Assembly: GCA_027623675.1 (NCBI GenBank)
Contig: JAQBVF010000013.1
Coordinates: 1-64,000 of the forward strand
Source of the DNA: Chloroflexota bacterium
GTDB taxonomy: Bacteria; Chloroflexota; Dehalococcoidia; Lucifugimonadales; UBA3495
Direction of reading: 5' to 3'
Length of the DNA: 64,000 bases
Shown: positions 31,101 to 38,447 of the stretch, piece by piece
How the letters are laid out: each line of letters begins with the position of its first letter
Numbering within the stretch: the stretch's first letter is position 1
The notes under the pieces: model-generated
What the model was told of the DNA's origin: nothing
Database searches by the model: none
Seen by the model: the letters and a program-made list of their open reading frames with translations, nothing else
Program-made: the position numbers and the translations under genes

Positions 31101-32667
31101 CAGCCGCATGCTGCCCAACCTAGAAAACTTCGACCCCAACATACTGGCGTTCTGGGTGCCGGAGAAGCTGGCTGAATACCCGGAAGTGTCATTCCACATA
31201 ACCGAATTTCCCTTCTTCACCTTCCTGTTCGCCGACCTGCACGCCCATATGATGGCCATTCCGCTGACGTTGCTGGTGATCGGTCTAGGGTTGAATCTGG
31301 TGATTGGATTGAAGGACGGCGGGTGGCTGTGGACGATCCTATCGACAGGGGCGTTGGCGCTGGGTTTGGGCTCATTGTGGGTGGTCAACGCCTGGGATTT
31401 CCCGACCTATCTCCTCCTCACCGTTGGTCTGTTGGCCATCGCGGTATATTTCGCCGACGGCAATCTGTTGGAGAAGCTGGCCCTGTTGGCGGTGTTGGCC
31501 ATCGGCGCGGTCGGTCTAAGCATTTTGGCATTCCTGCCGTTCCATCAGACCTACGAGACATTCAATAGCGGTTTGGACCCGTCCATCTGGCGCACGCCGG
31601 TCAGCCGTTTCCTTGGGATACACGGGCTGTTCCTATTCGTGATTGCGTCATTCCTGCTGTACCAGGCGCGGGAAACGCTGCGCGAACTATTCCTGAGCGT
31701 CAAGGTCCGGGGCTACGTGAGCTCGGTCCCGGGATTGCCCAAGCTGCGGGCCCTTCTGGCGTTGGGATTGCTGATAGGGGTGTTCTTCGCGGCAGCGGGG
31801 TTCTGGAACATCGTCCTGCTGGCCGTTTTCTTGATGCTGGCAGGGATCGTCGCCTGGAATGTCATCGTCTCCGGAGATGAATCACGCCCCTACGAGGTGG
31901 TCCCCCTGGCCCTGCTGGCCATGGCGCTATTCATCGGCATCGGTGTCGACCTGGTGCGGGTTGAAGGCGACATCGGCCGGATGAACAGCTTCTTCAAATA
32001 TTACCTGGAGATCTGGGTGCTGCTCAGCATCGTCTCCGCCTACATGGTCTGGCATCTGGGGGAGGGCGGCTTCCTAACGCCAAAGTTGAACCGGCGCTCA
32101 GGGGCCTGGCTGGTGGTGTTGGCCCTGCTCATCAGCGCCAGCTTGATCTACACCGCTTTGGGCGCCCGGGCCCGCGTGGCTGACCGTTTCACGGACGGCC
32201 TGTCCACGTTGGATGGCACGGCGTTCATGGCCACAGCGGTGCACCAGGAGGAGGGCAAGCCCATCGAGCTCAAGTGGGACCTGGAGGCCATCGAATGGGT
32301 CCAGGATAATGTCAAAGGGTCGCCCGTTATTTTGGAGGCCCACCTGGCCCAGTACCGGTGGGGCGCCCGCTTCGCCAACTACACCGGACTGCCCACGGTG
32401 CTGGGCTGGCCCTGGCACCAGACCCAGCAGCGGAACGCCTATTCCTACGCCATTAACGAACGGGCCAGGGACATCAGGGAGATGTACGAGACCACCAGCG
32501 TCGAGCGGGTCAAAGAGCTGATGCGTCAATACCGGGTGAAGTACGTAGTGGTGGGAGATCTGGAGCGGATAGCCTACCCAGGCCAGGGTCTAGACAAGTT
32601 CGATAACCTGGCCAAAAAAGTGTTCGAGAACCAGGGCGCCGCCATCTACGAGATTCAACCTAACTGA
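28147..32667 (+). CDS. 1506-aa polytopic membrane protein: PMT/ArnT-like GT-C domain plus DUF2298 (Chlor_Arch_YYY) domain
   Basis: N-terminal FHPDER..LNPHWF.GS, GR.LSALAD. C-terminal GGEKPME..PPFDPWFAGGYLNYYYWG, ITEFPFFTFLFADLHAH, TGLPTVLGW.WH..Q.R. Confidence 0.88.
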   Translation: MFRDSGGVALSDRSRTGVEFSFQQFFSFGGRVSWPFYVLLLIFVVAIGLRLNGVNWDQGYAFHPDERDIYMRSGCMYDLLTDAPNAQDCGYVRAEPDAQPGLPGIGTLFSADRSPLNPHWFPLGSILIYVMVFFRSVAELFTDLNSLDMRYFGRPLSALADVGSVAMVFILGRKLYGQGVGLLAAGLTAVSVINIQNSHFYRPETFSVFFTLASFWAMWRMLEHKRPIDSAILGLMLGLAIAPKVSILPILAPMFLIYWYWVLDEVEGYWSDITPELVQKVFSHAALAAVVAAGVFFISAPYAILDVGAFVGDLAAQTRMARTAGFWPFTIQYIDTPAFIYQIQQSTVWGLGIPLGIAAWLSIPVTALIGAFNKATRRADLFLLAWVVPGFLFLETFEVHFLRYVFPLVPVMIIMASRMLLGAVSASRPLASHLAWRSDDPVRLLPWFAMAVTVVVVASTAFYALAFQNVYEEDHPAVTASEWINANVPQGTAIVSDNHWDEFIPNLYSYDVWQFPVYNPDTVEKMDDLAARLATSEYVVFYSSRPYASAARAPERFPSSNQYYQRLFAGDLGYGLEREFNNYPELWGVSFRDDAIGRAGLEQPVPAVPRQSSAINLDLGYADDNAVGYDHPRVLLFKNNQRLTEEAIRAQFNILPQVVNPGGLGLTLSPEDLTAQEEGGTFSDIVDRDGWTNDVPVLIWLLVVEIIYLLALPLTMFIFRPLPDRGIVLARVLGLLLVSYAAWFAVSMGWMDFSRWAVYLGMLVVAGSSAVVLVFRREEISAYLKEHWRLLLFGEGLFLIAFLGFVLLRYVNPDLWHPFRGGEKPMELAYLTAVVRSTTLPPFDPWFAGGYLNYYYWGYFVVANIIRVTGILPTTAFNLAVPLFFALTVTGAYSLVYNLAEGVRQRRAIENVITIPGVGDLPPLPFDDNRLLWRKVMWSPVAAGVMAGLFTAVIGNLDGLVQMVQNTWNRVFNSTAFPAFDFWRSSRMLPNLENFDPNILAFWVPEKLAEYPEVSFHITEFPFFTFLFADLHAHMMAIPLTLLVIGLGLNLVIGLKDGGWLWTILSTGALALGLGSLWVVNAWDFPTYLLLTVGLLAIAVYFADGNLLEKLALLAVLAIGAVGLSILAFLPFHQTYETFNSGLDPSIWRTPVSRFLGIHGLFLFVIASFLLYQARETLRELFLSVKVRGYVSSVPGLPKLRALLALGLLIGVFFAAAGFWNIVLLAVFLMLAGIVAWNVIVSGDESRPYEVVPLALLAMALFIGIGVDLVRVEGDIGRMNSFFKYYLEIWVLLSIVSAYMVWHLGEGGFLTPKLNRRSGAWLVVLALLISASLIYTALGARARVADRFTDGLSTLDGTAFMATAVHQEEGKPIELKWDLEAIEWVQDNVKGSPVILEAHLAQYRWGARFANYTGLPTVLGWPWHQTQQRNAYSYAINERARDIREMYETTSVERVKELMRQYRVKYVVVGDLERIAYPGQGLDKFDNLAKKVFENQGAAIYEIQPN

Positions 32668-32747
32668 TCGGCAGCCGGCTCTCCAGGGCTGGCAGGCGGG
32701 TTGTCAAGGAGTCTGAGAGGCGGATTTACCCGGTGATTGACCAGGGT

Positions 32748-32776
32748 TTGACATAAAGGGATTATTTGGGTAGAAT
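32748..32776 (+). promoter_or_regulatory. near-consensus sigma70 promoter with no long downstream sense gene
   Basis: TTGACA 32748-32753, N17, TAGAAT 32771-32776. Confidence 0.7.
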
Positions 32777-32782
32777 ATAAAA

Positions 32783-33139
32783 ATAGTTATAAAAACTTGT
32801 TAAACAAAGTATTAGATTACGTTGCAAGTTGAGCTTAAGACAGTGCCAAAAGGTTATGGCAACAAGTCATCGGGGCATCCGCAGTCGAGAAGCGGGAGCG
32901 ACGCTGACGATTCAAGAGGAGGCATCTGCTTTAACGGGTAGAAGCCATTAAATTAGACGGGTTCTCGGGCCTCGTGCCTGTGATGTCAGGACTGCCGCGG
33001 AGGGCATTCACTGGGTGGACTGACTGTACAAGGCCTGACCCAGTTGGCCCTTCTCCGATCGGTTGGGTAGCTAAGATGTGCGGTGCAGTGGTGTTTGGGA
33101 AATCTTAGCAAGGCCGTTGGAGGAGGGCCAACTCTTTTT
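32783..33139 (+). ncRNA. candidate structured small RNA (family unrecognised)
   Basis: Lies between the orphan promoter and a long stem (33042-33056/33119-33133, inner 33070-33077/33102-33109) followed by CTTTTT. Confidence 0.4.
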
Positions 33140-33165
33140 GTGGGTCTGGCTGCCGTGGCATGGGG

Positions 33166-33996
33166 CTAAGGTTTATCGTTCCATCTGGGATATGAACCCA
33201 GGACCCGGAGCATACTGATTGGCTCGGATAGCGCCGCCAAGGCTTCCTTCATCGGCGACTCCTCCCGGTGTCCACCACAGTCCACCCAGAAGATATACTC
33301 CCCCAGCATTTGCTTGGTGGGCCGCGATTCGACCTTGAACAGGTTGATTCCCCGCTCGGCGAATTCTCCCAAAACCCGGTAGAGCAGACCCGGCGTGTCC
33401 ACCTCGAACGTGAATGCCATGGAGGTTTTATCGCGCCCGGTGGGAGCGTGGTCGGACTTGCCAATCACCGCGAACCGGGTCACATTGGCCGCCACATCCT
33501 GGATGCTACGGTCCAAGATCTCCACGTCGTATAGCTCCGACGCCCGGCGCGGAGATATGGCGGCCGCCGGAACGGAACTGTTCAGCGCGTCGGTTACGCA
33601 CAAAACGGTGCTGAGTGACGCCATCTGCTCGGCCTGGGGGTAATTCTTCTCCAGGTATTCACGGCACTGGGACAGCGCCTGCGGATGGGAATAAATGACC
33701 TTGATGTCGGCGGGATCAGTCCCTGGCTTGGTCAGCAGGTAGTGTTCGATGGGCAGGTCGATCTCGCCCCGGATGAAAAGGGCTGGCTGGCTGATCAGCA
33801 AGTCCAGGGTGAAGATAACCGAGCCAGCCAAGCTGTTCTCGATCGGGACCACGCCCTCGTCGACTTCACCCGCAACCACCGCTTCCCCCACGGCTGAGAT
33901 GGTCGGGTAGGTCTGGCCGGCGGTGGGCTCGTAGATGAGGGCGGCTTCCTCCGAATAGGTGCCCAGAGGACCGAGGAATCCGACGGTTTTAGCCAT
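33166..33996 (-). CDS. pheA: prephenate dehydratase
   Basis: FLGPLGTYSEEAA, VVPIENS..G.V, SHPQALSQC, NVTRF, ESRP (ACT domain), LGSYP. Confidence 0.96.
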   Translation of the reverse strand: MAKTVGFLGPLGTYSEEAALIYEPTAGQTYPTISAVGEAVVAGEVDEGVVPIENSLAGSVIFTLDLLISQPALFIRGEIDLPIEHYLLTKPGTDPADIKVIYSHPQALSQCREYLEKNYPQAEQMASLSTVLCVTDALNSSVPAAAISPRRASELYDVEILDRSIQDVAANVTRFAVIGKSDHAPTGRDKTSMAFTFEVDTPGLLYRVLGEFAERGINLFKVESRPTKQMLGEYIFWVDCGGHREESPMKEALAALSEPISMLRVLGSYPRWNDKP

Positions 33997-33998
33997 GC

Positions 33999-34658
33999 CT
34001 ACACCCCGGTCAAGATATCATGTAGGATCTGTTCGTCGCCCGTTGGAATCACCGCCACCAACTCGTCGTCCGCTTCCACCACCGACCGGCCCGTTGGCAA
34101 CTCGGCGCCGTCCCGCTTAACCACCAACGTTATGAAACTGTTGGGGGGAAGCTCAATCTCGCTCAGGCGCTTGCCGATGATATTGGCGTCCTCCGGGATG
34201 GAGATGCTGACCAGTTCCATGCCGGGCACCCGCAGGTTCATCAGGTGGACCAAGGGACGCCCCGGTACGCCCTCCTCCAGGCTGGCCAGCACCAGATGGG
34301 TGGAGTTGACCACCACATCTATGCCTACTTCGTGGAAGATGGGCTCGTTCTTGGGGTCTTTGATCAGCGCCATGGTACGGGGGACCTTGAAGATATGCTT
34401 GGTCATTTGGGAGACCACCAGGTTTGTGGCGTCAAATCCCGTCAGGCTCACGACCACATCGGCCCGGGAGACTCCGGCGCGTTTCAATGTCCGTTCGTCG
34501 GTGCCGTCGCCAAGGAGGGCAACGCTGCCCAGCTCTTCCGTTAAGAGTTGGAACCTTTCATTGTTCTTCTCGACCACGACCACCTCATGCCCACCGGCGA
34601 TGAGCGCCTTGGACAGATGATAGCCGGACTCGCTGCAGCCAACAATTACCACATACAT
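33999..34658 (-). CDS. trkA: TrkA-family RCK protein (TrkA-N plus TrkA-C)
   Basis: GDGTDE..LKRAGVSRAD, D..NL, C-terminal IIGKRLSEIELP..D. Confidence 0.85.
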   Translation of the reverse strand: MYVVIVGCSESGYHLSKALIAGGHEVVVVEKNNERFQLLTEELGSVALLGDGTDERTLKRAGVSRADVVVSLTGFDATNLVVSQMTKHIFKVPRTMALIKDPKNEPIFHEVGIDVVVNSTHLVLASLEEGVPGRPLVHLMNLRVPGMELVSISIPEDANIIGKRLSEIELPPNSFITLVVKRDGAELPTGRSVVEADDELVAVIPTGDEQILHDILTGV

Positions 34659-34671
34659 GAATCTATTATAT

Positions 34672-35073
34672 CTACGCCTCTATAGCCTGGCGGACATCCT
34701 GCAATAGGCCGAAAGAATAGCCTACCACGTCCAATCCCAGGGCTGCATACAGCACCTGCAATTGGGGACTGCCCAGGTGGCACACAACTTTGGGGACATT
34801 GAAGATGTGCTTGGCGATCTGCGCCACCAAGATGTTCTGGTGGTCGTCTGAGGACATGGCCAAGAAGACGTCGGCGTGGTCGATCCCGCCTTCCTGGAGA
34901 TAGTCCTGCATCATTGGTTCTGATGTTAGGACCACCCGGACGCCGGGATGAACGGCCACGCTTTCCAGGCAATCGCGTTCGCCGCCCAGGACCGTTATCT
35001 CAGCGGTCCCGTCGGCCAGGTCGGCCACGAGACTCGAGGTGAGACGGTTGCAGCCGAATATCAGAACCCGCAT
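34672..35073 (-). CDS. stand-alone TrkA-N (RCK) domain protein
   Basis: LQEGGIDHADVFLAM..DD..NI..AQIAKHIFNVPKVV. Confidence 0.8.
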   Translation of the reverse strand: MRVLIFGCNRLTSSLVADLADGTAEITVLGGERDCLESVAVHPGVRVVLTSEPMMQDYLQEGGIDHADVFLAMSSDDHQNILVAQIAKHIFNVPKVVCHLGSPQLQVLYAALGLDVVGYSFGLLQDVRQAIEA

Positions 35074-35109
35074 GTTAAATCCCGTCCATAAAAACCGGCG
35101 TGGCCTAGC

Positions 35110-35565
35110 CTAGACTCTGGGGAAGATGGGTGCAGGCGCCCGTTCCCGCCAGAACATCACCTGGCACGAGGCGTTGTGGAAGATGTAGGAGGCTGTGGCG
35201 CCCAGGGTGCAGGAACCGAACCGGCGCAGATAGGGAACGCCAACGATCAACAGGTCCATGAAGCGGTCCTCAGACTCCAGCACTATTGCCGGACCAGCCT
35301 GTCTGGCCCGGAGGAACCTGGCTTGAAGATCCTTGTATTTCTCTTCGGAAGCGATCGCCTCGATACGGGCCAGGATCTCCTCGCCCTTGTTGATGTCGTC
35401 AGCGATCTCTGATTCCAGAGACAACTCCAGCGGGACCTCAATCACATAAACGGCATGGAGTTCGGTTTTGGACTCCCTAGCCATCTGGCAGGCCCACCGG
35501 AACGTCAGTTCACTGTACGGTTTCCCGTTCACCGGAAGCAGGATTCGTTTTGCGTTCAATCGCAT
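35110..35565 (-). CDS. universal stress protein
   Basis: RILLPVNG, HAVYVIEVP, AGPAIV..DLLIVG, LGATASYIFHNASC.V. Confidence 0.88.
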   Translation of the reverse strand: MRLNAKRILLPVNGKPYSELTFRWACQMARESKTELHAVYVIEVPLELSLESEIADDINKGEEILARIEAIASEEKYKDLQARFLRARQAGPAIVLESEDRFMDLLIVGVPYLRRFGSCTLGATASYIFHNASCQVMFWRERAPAPIFPRV

Positions 35566-35657
35566 TGCGGCACATTGCCCTGTATAGGTTGATTAGAGTC
35601 GGTGATGGACTCAAACATAGAGGCTCAACAAGTCCCCCGGCCCGTAATCAAGGGCAG

Positions 35658-35686
35658 ATTATACGAGCAGTATTACCCTATTACAA
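35658..35686 (-). promoter_or_regulatory. sigma70-type promoter of usp-trkA-trkA-pheA
   Basis: Minus strand TTGTAA-N17-TATAAT. Confidence 0.6.
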
Positions 35687-35744
35687 TATGGATTCAGGGG
35701 ACGTCCGGGGCATTCGAAACATGAAGACGCGGCGTGGACCGGCG

Positions 35745-36458
35745 TTAGCCGTGGCGGTGATTGTGGGGCTCAGACGCGGCGGGTTCCAGGTGCCGGGCAA
35801 TCTCCGAAATCTTGCCCAGATGTTCGTTGGTGGCCGCTACAATCAGCACGTCGCCGGCCTTGATCTCTTCGTCCTTGGCGGGGTGGAGGAATGAAGTACG
35901 GCCTCGTCGGATGGCCAACACAGAGATGCCGTGGCGGTCAGCCGTGCCCGCTAGGCCGGCTTCCTCCAGAGTGTGGCCCAGCATCTCCTCGGGTGGCCTG
36001 AGTTTGCTGATGCCGAAATCAGGCACGATGGGCATGTAGTCGATGACGCCGGTCTCAAACCCTACGTGGGCGGTTCGCCGGGCGCTCTCCGACTCGGGGT
36101 AGACCACGCGGTCAGCGCCGATCCTTTCCAGGGTGGCGCCGTGCAGTTCGTTGGCGGCGCGGGCGATGATGAAGGGCACTCCCAGGCTCTTTAACAGCAC
36201 CGAAACGAGGATGCTGGACTGGATGTTCTCGCTGCCCAGGGCCACGGCGCAAACGTCATATTCGGCCACATCCAACTCTTTCAGGATCGACTCATTGGTG
36301 GCGTCGGCCCGGACGGCGTAGGTAGCCCGCCCAAGTTGTTCCTGGACTTTGACCTCGTCCAGGTCGATGGCCAACACATCGTGGCCGCTCTGGAAAAGCT
36401 CCTGAGACAGCGTGGACCCGAACCGGCCAAGTCCGATGACACAAACTTGTTTCTTCAC
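35745..36458 (-). CDS. ktrA: Ktr/Trk K+ uptake regulatory subunit
   Basis: VIGLGRFG, ADATNE, IGADRVVYPE. Confidence 0.88.
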   Translation of the reverse strand: MKKQVCVIGLGRFGSTLSQELFQSGHDVLAIDLDEVKVQEQLGRATYAVRADATNESILKELDVAEYDVCAVALGSENIQSSILVSVLLKSLGVPFIIARAANELHGATLERIGADRVVYPESESARRTAHVGFETGVIDYMPIVPDFGISKLRPPEEMLGHTLEEAGLAGTADRHGISVLAIRRGRTSFLHPAKDEEIKAGDVLIVAATNEHLGKISEIARHLEPAASEPHNHRHG

Positions 36459-36495
36459 TAGGCGATTCCCGAAAACGTTCTAGACATAACTATCA

Positions 36496-37950
36496 TCAAC
36501 CTATTCTAACGCCTTCTTGGGCAAAACGGTACTCTTCGGTATCGTCTTCAGTGGCTAATGCAATGGCCAGGGCCATCGGCCCCAGGCGGCCAACGTACAT
36601 CAGTACCATGTAAATGACCTTCGAGGCCGTCCCGGAATCTGGGATTATCCCGGTGGAAGCGCCGGTCGTGCTAAGTGCGGATACGCTATCGAAGATGATG
36701 TCCAAGAATTCGATGTCCGGCTCTAAGGTGGTGATGATCGTCGCTGATACTAAAAGCAGGGCCAGGCCGAGGACGGCAACCGTGAGCGCGCGGTGCAGTT
36801 GCGATTGGGGTATCTCGCGGCCAAACGCCTCGGCGTGGGGGCGGCCCCGCAGGGACGAGATCACAGCCGCCATCAACACCGCGAAGGTCGATACCTTGAT
36901 GCCGCCGGCCACCGATCCGGCCGACCCGCCGATGAACATCAGTCCGGTGAACGTCGATTTGGTGACATCCTTGGCCTGCCCGAGGTCTATCGTTGAGAAG
37001 CCGGCGGAGCGGACGCTCACCGACTGGAATACGGCGTTCACGACCTTGTCCACCCAACTGAAACTACCCATGGTTTCTGCGTTGGCGAATTCCGCCAGGT
37101 ATAGGACTCCGGCGCCCAATACCCAGAGCAGGATGCTGATGACCAGCACCAGTTTGGTCTCCAGAGCGAATCGGGCGAACCGGCGCTTGCGGAAAACGTC
37201 CATTATCAAGACCCAGCCCAGGCCGCCCAGGATGGTAAGTGATGACATCGTCAGCAACACCACCGGGTTGGACACGAACCGGGCGACGCTGGTCCCCTCG
37301 GGCACTTCGGGTACGATATTTAATCCGGCGTTGTTGAAAGAAGAAACCGCCAGGAACACGGATTGCCACAGGGTCCTGATGCTTCCCAAACCGTCGATGC
37401 CATTGATCTGCCAGAAGATTATGGCGCTCCCGCCGGCGTACAGCGCAAACACCATCAAGATCACAGCACGGCCGACCTGGCGCAATCCCTGCATCTGGTC
37501 AACCCCCACGGTGTCACGCATCAGCGCCCGGGTTAAAAGCCGTTCTTGCAGGGTAGATCTTTGGCCGATCAGCAGTAGGGTAAACGTACTCAGGACCATG
37601 AAACCCAAACCACCAACCAGCATCAGCGCGAATATAACCACCTGGCCGAAGGTGGACCAGTAAGTGCTGGTATCAACCGTTGTATGACCGGTCACCGTCA
37701 CCGCTGAGACCGAAGTGAAGAATGCATTCACCATGGGTGTGAACCCGGAGCCGTTATGGGCGAAAGGAAGGGTTAAAAGCCCCCCGCCGGCCAGGATCAG
37801 CAGCGCGAATCCCGAGAGTATGATGGTGGTGGTGCCCAATAGGGGGCGGCTCGGCCGGGACGGTTCCACATCTGTGACCGAGGGTGATAGCTCCCGCCGT
37901 CTCCGCAGCCGGATGATGTTGTCGATGGGCCGGCGTCGGCGTTCAGCCAT
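36496..37950 (-). CDS. ktrB: Ktr/TrkH K+ uptake membrane subunit
   Basis: Four pore loops with Gly (TVTGH, NNAGL, RSAGF, TTGAS), plus GSVAGGIK and MYVGRLG. Confidence 0.9.
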   Translation of the reverse strand: MAERRRRPIDNIIRLRRRRELSPSVTDVEPSRPSRPLLGTTTIILSGFALLILAGGGLLTLPFAHNGSGFTPMVNAFFTSVSAVTVTGHTTVDTSTYWSTFGQVVIFALMLVGGLGFMVLSTFTLLLIGQRSTLQERLLTRALMRDTVGVDQMQGLRQVGRAVILMVFALYAGGSAIIFWQINGIDGLGSIRTLWQSVFLAVSSFNNAGLNIVPEVPEGTSVARFVSNPVVLLTMSSLTILGGLGWVLIMDVFRKRRFARFALETKLVLVISILLWVLGAGVLYLAEFANAETMGSFSWVDKVVNAVFQSVSVRSAGFSTIDLGQAKDVTKSTFTGLMFIGGSAGSVAGGIKVSTFAVLMAAVISSLRGRPHAEAFGREIPQSQLHRALTVAVLGLALLLVSATIITTLEPDIEFLDIIFDSVSALSTTGASTGIIPDSGTASKVIYMVLMYVGRLGPMALAIALATEDDTEEYRFAQEGVRIG

Positions 37951-38215
37951 GATCTGCGCCGCCCGTTGCCGCAGACCTTAGTCGGCCACCCATTGATGGG
38001 TGGTTGGGTGGGAAACGGAAAGATGGGAGAACTATCGGCATCTGAAACAGGCGGATACTACCTAAAAGACCTGAGAAAGGTTTCGAGGAAATCTTGGGGA
38101 AGAAAGGACTCTGTGACCGACCTTCGTTGGCGGCTAAAACCCTATCTGCTTGGGCGTTTGAATCTGGTATTTTGGGAATCTGTTATTTTATGGAACATCA
38201 AATGAAGTAGGATGG

Positions 38216-38244
38216 ATTCTAGGATTCGGTCTATCCCGTGTCAA
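38216..38244 (-). promoter_or_regulatory. sigma70 promoter of ktrBA
   Basis: Minus strand TTGACA-N17-TAGAAT. Confidence 0.65.
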
Positions 38245-38447
38245 TGAAACCGGCGGTACGATTGGGCCAAAAAATCCGTATCCAGTCACGATAGCTCAAG
38301 GGCATTTCGAGACTGTACGGGCTTCTATGCTACTATGATTGGCGATAGCTTCTCGGGGCTAATATAATTGGCGCGGGCAACGCCGGCCACCGATCCGGGA
38401 GACCGGCGTTCTTAGTCACCGGCTTTCGTGTTTAGAGGTGCAGATAC

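Noticed and set aside
32783..33139. tmRNA, RNase P RNA or SRP RNA identity
   Set aside because: Lacks the T-loop/CCA, GAGGAAAGTCC and SRP helix-8 signatures on both strands.
37951..38447. c-di-AMP (ydaO) riboswitch before ktrB, or a T-box before leuS
   Set aside because: The conserved motifs of either element were not found by eye.
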